From NCBI RefSeq assembly GCF_041886205.1, contig NZ_CP169029.1: a DNA stretch of 64,000 bases. One strand, 5' to 3'. Below, piece after piece: positions 14,029 to 25,156 of the stretch. Made by a program: the position numbers and the translations under genes. The notes below the pieces were generated by a model, which worked only from the letters and a program-made list of their open reading frames with translations, was not told the DNA's origin and ran no database searches. Source of the stretch: Escherichia coli (lineage in GTDB: Bacteria; Pseudomonadota; Gammaproteobacteria; Enterobacterales; Enterobacteriaceae). The stretch's first letter is position 1; every line of letters starts with the position of its first letter.

Positions 14029-15750
14029 ATGCGCGCTTTGCTACCCTATCTGGCACTGTATAAACGTCATAAATGGATGTTAAGTCTTGGTATTGTGCTG
14101 GCAATTGTGACGCTGCTCGCCAGTATCGGTCTGTTGACACTTTCCGGCTGGTTCCTCTCTGCCTCAGCGGTTGCGGGGGTTGCCGGACTGTACAGCTTCA
14201 ACTATATGCTACCCGCTGCGGGCGTGCGTGGTGCAGCAATCACCCGTACTGCCGGGCGTTATTTTGAACGTCTGGTAAGTCACGACGCGACTTTCCGCGT
14301 GTTGCAGCATCTGCGCATTTACACCTTCAGCAAATTGTTGCCCCTCTCCCCTGCCGGACTGGCGCGCTATCGTCAGGGCGAATTGCTCAATCGCGTGGTG
14401 GCGGATGTTGATACGCTCGATCATCTTTACCTGCGCGTTATCTCGCCGCTGGTGGGCGCTTTTGTGGTGATTATGGTGGTGACAATCGGGTTAAGTTTCC
14501 TTGATTTCACCCTCGCCTTTACGCTGGGCGTCATTATGTTACTGACGCTTTTCCTGATGCCACCGCTGTTTTATCGTGCGGGAAAAAGCACCGGGCAAAA
14601 TCTGACTCATCTTCGCGGACAGTATCGCCAACAACTGACGGCCTGGCTGCAAGGGCAAGCTGAGCTGACCATTTTTGGTGCCAGCGATCGTTATCGCACG
14701 CAACTAGAGAATACAGAAATTCAATGGCTGGAAGCGCAACGCCGTCAATCTGAACTGACCGCATTGTCGCAAGCGATAATGCTGCTCATTGGCGCGTTAG
14801 CGGTGATCCTGATGCTGTGGATGGCGTCTGGCGGCGTTGGCGGCAATGCTCAACCCGGCGCGTTAATTGCCCTGTTTGTCTTCTGCGCGTTAGCCTCGTT
14901 TGAAGCACTGGCACCAGTAACGGGTGCATTTCAGCATCTGGGGCAAGTCATTGCCTCTGCCGTTCGGATCACTGATTTAACGGATCAAAAACCGGAGGTC
15001 ACCTTCCCTGATACCCAAACTCGTGTTGCCGATCGCGTTTCGCTGACATTACGGGATGTTCAGTTCACTTATCCGGAGCAATCCCAACAGGCACTTAAAG
15101 GGATTTCTCTTCAGGTAAACGCCGGGGAACATATTGCGATTCTCGGGCGAACCGGATGCGGCAAATCAACACTGTTACAACTGCTGACCCGCGCTTGGGA
15201 CCCGCAACAGGGCGAGATTTTGCTTAACGATAGTCCCATAGCCAGCCTGAATGAAGCGGCTCTACGACAGACCATCAGCGTTGTTCCTCAGCGAGTGCAT
15301 CTGTTTAGCGCCACGCTGCGTGATAATCTGTTACTCGCCTCGCCTGGCAGTAGTGATGAGGCTCTGGCGGAGATCTTACGTCGCGTTGGTCTGGAGAAGC
15401 TGCTCGAGGATGCAGGTCTCAACAGTTGGTTAGGTGAAGGCGGACGCCAGCTCTCCGGTGGTGAACTGCGCCGTCTGGCTATCGCTCGTGCGCTGTTACA
15501 TGATGCGCCACTGGTGTTGCTGGATGAACCTACCGAAGGCTTAGATGCCACAACCGAAAGCCAGATCCTTGAATTGCTTGCAGAAATGATGCGTGAGAAA
15601 ACGGTGTTAATGGTCACCCATCGACTTCGCGGACTCTCTCGTTTCCAACAAATAATAGTGATGGACAACGGGCAAATTATTGAGCAAGGTACTCACGCAG
15701 AGCTGCTTGCCAGACAGGGGCGTTATTACCAGTTCAAGCAGGGTTTGTAA
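14029..15750 (+). CDS. cydC: ABC transporter subunit CydC
   Basis: 573-aa ORF starting one base after the cydD stop; ABC ATPase motifs (GRTGCGKST, LSGGELRR). Confidence 0.96.
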   Translation: MRALLPYLALYKRHKWMLSLGIVLAIVTLLASIGLLTLSGWFLSASAVAGVAGLYSFNYMLPAAGVRGAAITRTAGRYFERLVSHDATFRVLQHLRIYTFSKLLPLSPAGLARYRQGELLNRVVADVDTLDHLYLRVISPLVGAFVVIMVVTIGLSFLDFTLAFTLGVIMLLTLFLMPPLFYRAGKSTGQNLTHLRGQYRQQLTAWLQGQAELTIFGASDRYRTQLENTEIQWLEAQRRQSELTALSQAIMLLIGALAVILMLWMASGGVGGNAQPGALIALFVFCALASFEALAPVTGAFQHLGQVIASAVRITDLTDQKPEVTFPDTQTRVADRVSLTLRDVQFTYPEQSQQALKGISLQVNAGEHIAILGRTGCGKSTLLQLLTRAWDPQQGEILLNDSPIASLNEAALRQTISVVPQRVHLFSATLRDNLLLASPGSSDEALAEILRRVGLEKLLEDAGLNSWLGEGGRQLSGGELRRLAIARALLHDAPLVLLDEPTEGLDATTESQILELLAEMMREKTVLMVTHRLRGLSRFQQIIVMDNGQIIEQGTHAELLARQGRYYQFKQGL

Positions 15751-15791
15751 GCTATTATTGAACGATCCGACTTGCGTGGAGTTTTGCGGTC

Positions 15792-16496
15792 ATGCGCCTG
15801 GTTCAGCTTTCTCGCCATTCAATAGCCTTCCCTTCCCCGGAAGGCGCATTACGTGAGCCTAACGGCCTGCTGGCACTGGGGGGCGATCTTAGCCCTGCGC
15901 GCCTGTTAATGGCTTACCAGCGTGGTATTTTTCCGTGGTTTTCTCCAGGCGACCCCATCCTCTGGTGGTCGCCCGATCCTCGCGCGGTGCTTTGGCCTGA
16001 ATCACTGCATATCAGCCGTAGTATGAAGCGATTTCATAAACGCTCGCCCTATCGTGTCACGATGAATTACGCTTTTGGTCAGGTCATTGAAGGCTGTGCC
16101 AGCGATCGCGAAGAAGGAACCTGGATCACGCGTGGCGTGGTCGAAGCCTACCATCGCCTTCACGAACTCGGTCATGCCCACTCCATTGAAGTCTGGCGTG
16201 AAGATGAGCTTGTCGGCGGTATGTACGGCGTGGCCCAGGGAACGCTATTTTGTGGCGAGTCCATGTTCAGCCGGATGGAAAATGCGTCTAAAACGGCGCT
16301 TCTGGTATTCTGTGAGGAATTTATCGGTCATGGCGGTAAGCTTATCGACTGCCAGGTCCTTAACGATCACACAGCGTCGCTTGGTGCCTGCGAAATTCCC
16401 CGCCGGGATTACCTTAATTATCTCAATCAAATGCGCCTCGGACGATTGCCGAATAATTTCTGGGTACCACGATGCTTGTTTTCACCACAAGAATGA
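15792..16496 (+). CDS. aat: Leucyl/phenylalanyl-tRNA--protein transferase
   Basis: 234-aa ORF recognisable as Aat; conserved position between cydC and infA. Confidence 0.95.
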
Positions 16497-16777
16497 ATGT
16501 TTTCGGCACATTTCTCCCCAGAGTGTTATAATTGCGGTCGCAGAGTTGGTTACGCTCATTACCCCGCTGCCGATAAGGAATTTTTCGCGTCAGGTAACGC
16601 CCATCGTTTATCTCACCGCTCCCTTATACGTTGCGCTTTTGGTGCGGCTTAGCCGTGTGTTTTCGGAGTAATGTGCCGAACCTGTTTGTTGCGATTTAGC
16701 GCGCAAATCTTTACTTATTTACAGAACTTCGGCATTATCTTGCCGGTTCAAATTACGGTAGTGATACCCCAGAGGAT

Positions 16778-16999
<222 letters not shown>

Positions 17000-17038
17000 T
17001 TGTTTTACCGCCTGATGGGCGAAGAGAAAGAACGAGTA

Positions 17039-17070
17039 AAAGGTCGGTTTAGCCGGCCTTTTTATTTTGT
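17039..17070 (+). terminator. Intrinsic terminator after infA
   Basis: aaaaggtcgg...ccggcc stem followed by tttttatttt. Confidence 0.4.
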
Positions 17071-17252
17071 GATATGTATGAAGTACTTTGGAAGTATAAG
17101 TCCATAACTTGTCTCGATGTAGATATACTGCACAAGTTGTTTACAGTATGAGCAAACAATAATTATCATTAAAATTCTTCTTGACCGTTTTACTCCAACT
17201 CCCTATAGTAGCGCCCCGTTGCCACCCATGAGGTTTGGCAGCAAAACAATTT

Positions 17253-17340
17253 GGTGAGGTGTCCGAGTGGCTGAAGGAGCACGCCTGGAAAGTGTGTATA
17301 CGGCAACGTATCCGGGGTTCGAATCCCCGCCTCACCGCCA
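17253..17340 (+). tRNA. serW: tRNA-Ser (anticodon GGA), long variable arm, encoded CCA end
   Basis: GGTGAGGTGTCCGAGTGGCTGAAGGAGCACGCCTGGAAAGTGTGTATACGGCAACGTATCCGGGGTTCGAATCCCCGCCTCACCGCCA: class II tRNA cloverleaf with a GGA anticodon loop and T-arm GGTTCGAATCC. Confidence 0.95.
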
Positions 17341-17352
17341 TATTTAAAGAAG

Positions 17353-17380
17353 AGCTCGTACGAAAGTACGAGCTTTTTTT
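17353..17380 (+). terminator. Intrinsic terminator after serW
   Basis: agctcgtac-gaaa-gtacgagct perfect hairpin followed by eight T. Confidence 0.6.
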
Positions 17381-17383
17381 TCG

Positions 17384-17531
17384 CATTTTATCTGCCTGTA
17401 CGGCAGTGAACATGGTGGGCGGGTGGAGTATGTTACCAGTGAATTTCTAAGCTGCCTGTACGGCAGTGAACGCCAACTTTCACAGCCTTTGCAAGATTGT
17501 TCCTTTCTAAGCTGCCTGTACGGCAGTGAAC
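17384..17531 (-). CRISPR. Orphan type I-F CRISPR mini-array: 3 repeats, 2 spacers of 32 nt, no adjacent cas genes
   Basis: Minus-strand 28-nt repeat GTTCACTGCCGTACAGGCAGCTTAGAAA (the E. coli/Yersinia subtype I-F repeat) at 17504-17531 and 17444-17471, plus a degenerate terminal copy at 17384-17411. Spacers at 17472-17503 and 17412-17443 are exactly 32 nt each. Confidence 0.85.
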
Positions 17532-17743
17532 TCAAATACTACACGTTTAGCCCGTTGTTAATAAAGCAAAACCATCTCATTTTCCTGCTGTCACCCTTTT
17601 TTATCCTTACCTTCCAGCAGCACTAATTATCAACAACTTACCTTCACCTCCAAAAATAGGGTTTTCACCGTTCCACCCCATAAATAAAAAGTCCGCAACC
17701 TCTTTCGAGATTACGGACTTGACCAACCTACCTAACAATCAGA

Positions 17744-20020
17744 TTAATGCGCTGCTTCCGCCTTGTGCTTTTGTGCACTCTGGAATCCGTAAGTCAGCTC
17801 ATTTTTCTCTTTATCCAGCGCGACGGTGACCTGACCGCCGTCCACCAGCGAACCAAACAGCAGTTCGTTGGCGAGCGGTTTTTTCAGGTTGTCCTGGATG
17901 ACACGCGCCATCGGACGTGCGCCCATTGCCCGGTCGTAACCTTTCTCGGCCAGCCAGTTACGCGCTTCCTGGCTCACTTCCAGAGAAACACCTTTCTGAT
18001 CCAGCTGAACCTGCAACTCGACGATGAATTTATCCACCACCTGATGAATCACGTCGGTTGACAAATGATCAAACCAGATAATGTTGTCGAGACGGTTACG
18101 GAATTCCGGTGTAAAGATCTTCTTGATCTCTTCCATCGCATCGGTGCTGTTATCCTGGTGGATAAGACCAATGGATTTGCGCTCAGTTTCCCGTACCCCG
18201 GCGTTGGTGGTCATCACCAGCACCACGTTACGGAAGTCCGCTTTGCGTCCGTTGTTATCGGTCAGCGTACCGTTGTCCATCACCTGCAACAGAATATTGA
18301 ACACGTCCGGATGCGCTTTCTCGATTTCGTCCAGCAGCAGCACCGCATGTGGATGCTTGATTACCGCATCGGTCAGCAAACCGCCCTGATCAAAACCAAC
18401 GTATCCCGGAGGCGCACCAATCAGACGGCTGACGGTATGGCGTTCCATATACTCGGACATATCAAAGCGCAGAAGCTCAATGCCCAACGCTTTCGAAAGC
18501 TGTACCGTCACCTCTGTTTTCCCGACCCCGGTAGGACCGGCAAACAGGAACGAACCGACCGGTTTATGTTCGTGACCTAAACCTGCACGCGCCATCTTAA
18601 TGGCTTCAGTCAGCGCCTCAATGGCTTTATCCTGACCGAAGACCAGCATTTTCAGGCGATCGCCGAGGTTTTTCAGGGTATCGCGGTCACTCTGAGAAAC
18701 ACTCTTCTCTGGAATGCGTGCAATACGGGCCACCACGGACTCAATATCCGCCACATTTACGGTTTTCTTGCGTTTGCTTACCGGCATCAGGCGTGCGCGA
18801 GCGCCCGCTTCGTCGATAACATCAATCGCTTTATCCGGCAGATGACGATCGTTAATGTATTTCACCGCCAGCTCTACCGCCGCACGCACCGCTTTTGCGG
18901 TATAACGCACGTCGTGGTGCGCTTCATACTTCGGTTTCAGGCCATTGATGATTTGAACAGTTTCTTCGATCGACGGTTCAGTAATATCAATTTTCTGGAA
19001 GCGACGCGCCAGAGCACGGTCTTTCTCGAAAATGTTGCTGAACTCCTGATAGGTTGTCGAACCAATTACGCGAATTTTACCGCTGGAGAGCAACGGTTTG
19101 ATCAGGTTAGCCGCATCGACCTGACCACCAGACGCTGCACCCGCACCGATAATGGTGTGGATCTCATCAATAAACAGGATGCTGTTAGTGTCCTGCTCCA
19201 GCTGCTTGAGCAACGCTTTAAAACGTTTTTCAAAGTCGCCGCGATATTTTGTGCCCGCTAACAGAGAACCGATATCGAGAGAATAAATCGTACAGTCAGC
19301 CATCACTTCCGGCACATCACCCTGAACAATTCGCCAGGCAAGACCTTCTGCAATCGCGGTTTTACCGACACCAGACTCCCCCACCAGCAGCGGGTTGTTT
19401 TTACGGCGACGGCAGAGAACCTGAATAGCACGCTCCAGCTCTTTCTCACGACCAATCAGTGGGTCGATTCCGCCCACACGCGCAAGCTGGTTCAGGTTCG
19501 TCGTGAAATTCTCCATACGTTCCTCCCCACCAGCTTGTTCTTCGCTGTTTGGCTGGCTGCCAGGATCAGAAGACTGTGTCGGCTCGTCTTTACGCGTGCC
19601 ATGAGAGATAAAGTTCACCACATCGAGACGGCTGACTTCATGTTTACGCAACAGATATGCCGCCTGCGACTCCTGTTCGCTAAAGATAGCGACCAGAACG
19701 TTTGCACCGGTAACCTCATTGCGACCGGAGGACTGGACATGGAAGACCGCACGTTGCAGTACACGCTGAAAACTCAGCGTCGGCTGTGTATCGCGCTCCT
19801 CTTCACTGGCAGGCAGAACGGGTGTGGTTTGTTCAATAAAGGCTTCCAGTTCCTGACGGAGCGCAACCAAATCCACAGAACACGCTTCCAGCGCCTCCCG
19901 GGCAGATGGGTTACTGAGCAGCGCCAGTAACAAGTGCTCGACGGTCATAAACTCATGACGGTGCTCGCGCGCTCTGGCGAAAGCCATATTTAAACTGAGT
20001 TCCAGTTCTTGATTGAGCAT
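17744..20020 (-). CDS. clpA: ATP-dependent Clp protease ATP-binding subunit ClpA
   Basis: ORF track 17744..20035; start trimmed to [24 protein letters not shown] (758 aa); two AAA+ modules ([16 protein letters not shown]). Confidence 0.96.
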   Translation of the reverse strand: MLNQELELSLNMAFARAREHRHEFMTVEHLLLALLSNPSAREALEACSVDLVALRQELEAFIEQTTPVLPASEEERDTQPTLSFQRVLQRAVFHVQSSGRNEVTGANVLVAIFSEQESQAAYLLRKHEVSRLDVVNFISHGTRKDEPTQSSDPGSQPNSEEQAGGEERMENFTTNLNQLARVGGIDPLIGREKELERAIQVLCRRRKNNPLLVGESGVGKTAIAEGLAWRIVQGDVPEVMADCTIYSLDIGSLLAGTKYRGDFEKRFKALLKQLEQDTNSILFIDEIHTIIGAGAASGGQVDAANLIKPLLSSGKIRVIGSTTYQEFSNIFEKDRALARRFQKIDITEPSIEETVQIINGLKPKYEAHHDVRYTAKAVRAAVELAVKYINDRHLPDKAIDVIDEAGARARLMPVSKRKKTVNVADIESVVARIARIPEKSVSQSDRDTLKNLGDRLKMLVFGQDKAIEALTEAIKMARAGLGHEHKPVGSFLFAGPTGVGKTEVTVQLSKALGIELLRFDMSEYMERHTVSRLIGAPPGYVGFDQGGLLTDAVIKHPHAVLLLDEIEKAHPDVFNILLQVMDNGTLTDNNGRKADFRNVVLVMTTNAGVRETERKSIGLIHQDNSTDAMEEIKKIFTPEFRNRLDNIIWFDHLSTDVIHQVVDKFIVELQVQLDQKGVSLEVSQEARNWLAEKGYDRAMGARPMARVIQDNLKKPLANELLFGSLVDGGQVTVALDKEKNELTYGFQSAQKHKAEAAH

Positions 20021-20050
20021 AGGCACCTCCCCCAATTTTTATGCCTGCAT

Positions 20051-20371
20051 TCAGGCTTTTTCTAGCGTACACAGCAATGGATGCTCATTCTCCCTCGCGT
20101 ACTTGTTCACCATCGCCACTTTGGTTTCTGCAACCTCGGCGGTAAAGACTCCGCAAATGGCCTTCCCCTGGTAGTGAACAGCGAGCATCAATTGCGTTGC
20201 ACGTTCTACATCATAAGAAAAGAATTTTTGTAACACGTCAATAACAAACTCCATCGGAGTGTAATCATCATTGACTAATATCACTTTATACATAGATGGC
20301 GGTTTTAGCGCGTCGCGAACTTTTTCTTCCGCCAGTTGATCAAAGTCCAGCCAGTCGTTCGTTTTACCCAT
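20051..20371 (-). CDS. clpS: ClpAP adaptor protein ClpS
   Basis: 106-aa ORF directly upstream of clpA on the same strand. Confidence 0.96.
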
Positions 20372-20693
20372 TGTCAGTTATCATCTTCGGTTACGGTTAT
20401 CGGCAGAACGCCCTGCCGCTGACAAGAGCTTATTTGCCTGACCAATCTACTCCATATGATAGATAACTATCATCTATCGTTGGCATCAGCGACATCTGTC
20501 ACATTCCTGTCAATAGCGTTAACTGCTTCAAATTTTTGATTCATACCTGCCCCCTGGCCCCTGTCAAATGCTTGACGGCTCGCCCTAATTCTCTAAATTG
20601 TATTTCTAGAGTTGGCGAGGTTTTGAACAGCCCCCTCTCTGACCCCGGTTTATTCCATCTTACTTGTATAAGATTTGCGAAGGATGTCGAAGC

Positions 20694-20918
20694 ATGGAAA
20701 AGGGTACTGTTAAGTGGTTCAACAATGCCAAAGGGTTTGGTTTCATCTGCCCTGAAGGCGGCGGCGAAGATATTTTCGCTCATTATTCCACCATTCAGAT
20801 GGATGGTTACAGAACGCTAAAAGCTGGACAATCGGTTCAGTTTGATGTCCACCAGGGGCCAAAAGGCAATCACGCCAGTGTTATTGTGCCCGTCGAAGTA
20901 GAAGCGGCAGTCGCATAG
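20694..20918 (+). CDS. cspD: Cold-shock-domain protein CspD (stationary-phase replication inhibitor)
   Basis: ORF track 20664..20918; start trimmed to MEKGTVKWFNNAKGFGFI (74 aa); RNP1 motif KGFGFI. Confidence 0.95.
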   Translation: MEKGTVKWFNNAKGFGFICPEGGGEDIFAHYSTIQMDGYRTLKAGQSVQFDVHQGPKGNHASVIVPVEVEAAVA

Positions 20919-20952
20919 CTCTTCTGTCTCATTGTGTACATCCTAAAGGCAA

Positions 20953-20982
20953 AATGCCAGCCCGATCGGCTGGCATTTTTAT
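20953..20982. terminator. Bidirectional intrinsic terminator between convergent cspD and macB
   Basis: aaaatgccagcc-cgat-cggctggcatttt palindrome flanked by A and T runs. Confidence 0.5.
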
Positions 20983-20990
20983 CTCAAAAA

Positions 20991-22937
20991 TTACTCTCGT
21001 GCCAGAGCATCTACTGGATCCAGTCGTGCCGCATTTCGTGCGGGTAACCAGCCAAATAAAATCCCGGTGACCGTCGAGCAGAGAAACGCCAGCAGCAGCG
21101 CCAACGGTGAAAAACCAATCTCCCAGCCGGGTAAGAAAAGCTGTAAGGTGAAAGCAATTAACAGTGACAGTGTTATTCCCAACGCGCCACCGACCAGACA
21201 AACCAGTACGGCTTCGATCAGGAACTGTTGCAAAACATCGCTTGCTCGCGCACCTACAGCCATGCGAATGCCAATTTCCCGCGTCCGCTCGGTCACTGAC
21301 ACCAGCATAATATTCATTACACCAATACCGCCCACCACCAGCGAAATCACCGCCACCAGCGTCAGAAACAGTTGTAAAGTACGTGTGGTCTTTTCAACAG
21401 TTTTCAAGACGCCGTCCATGTTCCAGGTAAAGAAATCCTTCTTACCGTGGCGCAGTGAAAGTAAACGCGTGAGTTGCTGTTCCGCCTCGGCGCTGTCAAA
21501 TCCTTCTTTTACCCTGACAGTAATGGAGTTAAGCCACGACTGGCCCATAACTCGCCCGGACATCGTGCTGTAAGGTAGCCAGACACGCAGCACTTTACTG
21601 CTACCAAACATCGACTGTTTTTCTTCCGCCACACCAATGACTCTGGCGGGCATATTGCCGACCAGAATCACCTCGCCAACCACATCGGCTTTATGGGGGA
21701 AAAGCTGGCGGCGAGTATTACTGTCGAGAACCACGACCTGCGCACGACCGTTCAGCTGTTCCTGATTAAAGGTGTTTCCTTCACTGAAGGTCATGCCATA
21801 GACATTAAAATAATCGCCGCTCACGCCATTGGCACTGGCAGCAACATCAACATTGTTATAACGCAGGCGCAGGTTTTGCGAGACGGCAGGTGTGGCTGAA
21901 GCGACCCACGGTTGTTTTTGGATGGCGATTAAGTCGTCGTACTTCAGCGCCTGCTGATATTGCGGATCGTCATCGCCAAAATCTTTCCCGGGATAGACAT
22001 CAATAGTATTCGTACCAATAGAACGAATATCCGCCAGCACCATTTGTTTGGCGGCGTCGCCCACCACGACAATGGAAACCACCGACGCAATACCGATTAT
22101 AATCCCCAGCATGGTCAGTAAAGTACGCATTTTATTCGCTGCCAGCGCCCGCCATGCCATCGTCAGCGCCTCGTTAAAACCGCTGACAAACTGCCGCCAG
22201 CCAGACACCGTGTTGACAACAAGCTCTGTCCCGCCAGCAACATTCACTTTTTCAATGGCGGGAGGATTGCGCACAATTTCGCCGTCGCGAATTTCGATCA
22301 CCCGCTCGGCCTGAGCAGCAACCTGCGGATCGTGGGTGACGATAATCACCGTATGCCCGCGATCGCGCAGCTGATGCAGGATCGCCATCACCTCTTCGCC
22401 AGAATGGCTGTCCAGTGCGCCGGTTGGTTCATCGGCAAGAATTACCTGACCGCCGTTCATCAATGCCCGCGCGATGCTGACGCGCTGTTGCTGACCACCC
22501 GAAAGCTGTGCCGGATAATACTCTGTACGGTCTTCCAGCCCCAGTCGTTGCAGTAACTCCTGGGCGCGAAGCAGCCGCTGTTTCCGCTCAAGACCGGCAT
22601 AGACGGCGGGTACTTCAACGTTCTGCTCGGCGGTTAAATGCGAAAGCAAATGGTAACGCTGGAAAATAAAGCCGAAATGCTCGCGGCGCAGTTGCGCCAG
22701 CGCATCGGCGTCCAGTGTGGCAACATCCTGACCGGCGACGCGATAGGTGCCGCTGGTGGCCTTATCCAGACAGCCGAGAATATTCATCAGGGTCGATTTA
22801 CCGGAACCCGAAGCGCCAACAATCGCTACCATCTCACCGGCATAAATATCGAGGCTGATGCCCTTCAGCACCTCAACCTGCTCATCACCGGCAGGATAGC
22901 TGCGACGAATATCCTTTAATTCGAGCAAAGGCGTCAT
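20991..22937 (-). CDS. macB: Macrolide export ABC transporter ATP-binding/permease protein MacB
   Basis: 648-aa ORF; N-terminal ABC ATPase ([17 protein letters not shown]) fused to a FtsX-like permease. Confidence 0.96.
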   Translation of the reverse strand: MTPLLELKDIRRSYPAGDEQVEVLKGISLDIYAGEMVAIVGASGSGKSTLMNILGCLDKATSGTYRVAGQDVATLDADALAQLRREHFGFIFQRYHLLSHLTAEQNVEVPAVYAGLERKQRLLRAQELLQRLGLEDRTEYYPAQLSGGQQQRVSIARALMNGGQVILADEPTGALDSHSGEEVMAILHQLRDRGHTVIIVTHDPQVAAQAERVIEIRDGEIVRNPPAIEKVNVAGGTELVVNTVSGWRQFVSGFNEALTMAWRALAANKMRTLLTMLGIIIGIASVVSIVVVGDAAKQMVLADIRSIGTNTIDVYPGKDFGDDDPQYQQALKYDDLIAIQKQPWVASATPAVSQNLRLRYNNVDVAASANGVSGDYFNVYGMTFSEGNTFNQEQLNGRAQVVVLDSNTRRQLFPHKADVVGEVILVGNMPARVIGVAEEKQSMFGSSKVLRVWLPYSTMSGRVMGQSWLNSITVRVKEGFDSAEAEQQLTRLLSLRHGKKDFFTWNMDGVLKTVEKTTRTLQLFLTLVAVISLVVGGIGVMNIMLVSVTERTREIGIRMAVGARASDVLQQFLIEAVLVCLVGGALGITLSLLIAFTLQLFLPGWEIGFSPLALLLAFLCSTVTGILFGWLPARNAARLDPVDALARE

Positions 22938-24049
22938 TGTGCAGCTCCTGGTTTGGCCTCACCAATCACCACTTCATCGCCCGCTTCCAGCCCTTTGACA
23001 ATCTCAACATCGGTATCGTTACGTGCGCCAATCGTCACTTCACGCTCGCGTGTTTCACCATTACGTAACAATTTGACTTTATAACGATTATCGCCAACCG
23101 GATCGCCTAACGCCGACAGAGGGATCGTCAGCACATTTTTCACATCGGTGAGCTGAATATGCACTTGCGCAGTCATATCCAGCCGCAGCAAACCATTGGG
23201 GTTGGGGACTTCAAAACGGGCGTAATAGAAAATAGCGTCGTTAACCTTTTCCGGCGTCGGTAGTACATCCTTGATTTGCCCCTCGTAGCGCGTCAGTGGA
23301 TCGCCAAGTACCGTAAACCAGGCTTTTTGCCCTGGCTTCAGGTGGATTACATCCGCTTCAGAAACCTGCGCTTTTACCAGCATGGTGCTCATATCTGCCA
23401 GCGTCAGAATGTTCGGTGCTTGTTGTGCGGCAATCACCGTCTGGCCTTGCAGAGTGGTGATTTGCGTGACTTCCCCGGCTATCGGGGCAACGATGCGAGT
23501 GTAATCGAGATTGGTTTTAGCCGTATCGAGAGAAGCCTGATTGCGCTTGATTTGCGCGTCAATGGTGCCAATTTGCGCCTGTTTCACAGCCATCTCCGTC
23601 GCGGCGGTGTCGAGATCCTGCTGTGAAACCGCCTGCGTTTGTGCCAGACGTTGCTGACGGGAATACGTCACCCGCGCCAGTTTCAGCTCCGCTTCCGCCT
23701 GCTGCCGCTGCGCGCGTAGCTCCATCAGCGTTGCTTCGACCTCCTTGATCTGGTTTTCAGCCTGTTCAGGATCAATGACCCCTAAAAGCTGGTCTTTTTT
23801 TACTTTATCGCCAATCGCCACCGACAGCGTTTTCAACTGACCGCTGACCTGCGCGCCCACGTCAACCTTACGCAGCGCGTCCAGCTTTCCGGTCGCCAGC
23901 ACGCTTTGCTGTAAATCACCGGGGCGCACAATCAGTGTCTGATAAGTCGGCACGGGTGCGTTAAGAATTCTCCATAACGTAATCAGTCCGGCGATGACTA
24001 TCACCAGCGCAATAACGTAACGCTTCTTCACGGTTTTCCGCTTTTTCAT
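22934..24049 (-). CDS. macA: Macrolide export periplasmic adaptor (membrane fusion protein) MacA
   Basis: ORF track 22934..24076; start trimmed to [22 protein letters not shown] (371 aa); overlaps the macB start by 4 nt. Confidence 0.94.
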   Translation of the reverse strand: MKKRKTVKKRYVIALVIVIAGLITLWRILNAPVPTYQTLIVRPGDLQQSVLATGKLDALRKVDVGAQVSGQLKTLSVAIGDKVKKDQLLGVIDPEQAENQIKEVEATLMELRAQRQQAEAELKLARVTYSRQQRLAQTQAVSQQDLDTAATEMAVKQAQIGTIDAQIKRNQASLDTAKTNLDYTRIVAPIAGEVTQITTLQGQTVIAAQQAPNILTLADMSTMLVKAQVSEADVIHLKPGQKAWFTVLGDPLTRYEGQIKDVLPTPEKVNDAIFYYARFEVPNPNGLLRLDMTAQVHIQLTDVKNVLTIPLSALGDPVGDNRYKVKLLRNGETREREVTIGARNDTDVEIVKGLEAGDEVVIGEAKPGAAQ

Positions 24050-24163
24050 AAATATTCTGAATACTCCATATGCCAATCCGGGTCATTAACTTCAACGAAA
24101 TATCAACAAACCCCTAAAATTTACGTTAGTAATCACACTATTGATGTTTGGTTAAGATACGCA

Positions 24164-25156
24164 ATGGTGAAATCGACGTCATGTATAACCATTGATTTCA
24201 TGAATATGTCGCAGCTAACTGAACGGACCTTTACGCCATCTGAATCTCTCAGCAGCCTGTCACTTTTTCTTAGTCTGGCACGTGGACAGTGTCGGCCGGG
24301 TAAATTCTGGCATCGCCGTAGTTTTCGCCAGAAATTTTTGCTGCGCTCGTTGATTATGCCGCGTTTAAGCGTTGAGTGGATGAACGAACTTTCCCACTGG
24401 CCTAATCTCAATGTATTGTTAACGCGCCAGCCGCGACTGCCTGTGCGTCTGCATCGCCCTTACCTTGCGGCGAATCTTAGCCGTAAGCAATTGCTGGAGG
24501 CGTTACGTTACCATTATGCGTTACTCCGCGGATGTATGTCGGCGGAAGAATTCAGCTTATATTTGAATACCCCCGGGCTGCAACTGGCGAAGCTGGAAGG
24601 CAAAAACGGCGAGCAGTTCACGCTTGAGCTGACCATGATGATCTCAATGGATAAAGAAGGTGACAGCACAATCTTGTTCCGCAACAGCGAAGGTATTCCT
24701 CTGGCAGAGATCACGTTTACCCTGTGTGAATATCAGGGGAAAAGAACGATGTTTATTGGCGGACTGCAAGGCGCAAAATGGGAAATTCCACATCAGGAAA
24801 TCCAGAATGCGACGAAAGCCTGCCACGGGCTATTTCCCAAACGCCTCGTGATGGAAGCGGCCTGTCTGTTTGCCCAACGTTTGCAGGTAGAGCAGATTAT
24901 TGCCGTCAGCAATGAAACGCATATTTACCGCAGCCTGCGTTATCGCGATAAAGAAGGCAAGATCCACGCTGATTACAACGCTTTCTGGGAATCGGTTGGC
25001 GGCGTATGTGATGCTGAACGCCATTACCGCCTTCCAGCACAGATAGCACGAAAAGAGATTGCCGAAATCGCCAGTAAAAAACGGGCTGAATACCGTCGGC
25101 GCTATGAGATGCTCGACGCTATTCAGCCACAAATGGCCACGATGTTTCGCGGTTAA
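24164..25156 (+). CDS. ybjX: VirK/YbjX family (DUF535) protein
   Basis: 330-aa ORF divergent from macA. Family assignment is from memory of K-12 ybjX; the exact start is uncertain (alternative Met codons at 24203 and 24209). Confidence 0.8.
   Translation: MVKSTSCITIDFMNMSQLTERTFTPSESLSSLSLFLSLARGQCRPGKFWHRRSFRQKFLLRSLIMPRLSVEWMNELSHWPNLNVLLTRQPRLPVRLHRPYLAANLSRKQLLEALRYHYALLRGCMSAEEFSLYLNTPGLQLAKLEGKNGEQFTLELTMMISMDKEGDSTILFRNSEGIPLAEITFTLCEYQGKRTMFIGGLQGAKWEIPHQEIQNATKACHGLFPKRLVMEAACLFAQRLQVEQIIAVSNETHIYRSLRYRDKEGKIHADYNAFWESVGGVCDAERHYRLPAQIARKEIAEIASKKRAEYRRRYEMLDAIQPQMATMFRG

Noticed and set aside
17344-17626. Track ORFs 17344..17535 (-) and 17423..17626 (+) with internally repeated peptide (LSCLYGSE...)
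   Set aside because: They are translations of the CRISPR repeats and spacers; the internal repetition is the 28-nt repeat read in frame, not a protein.
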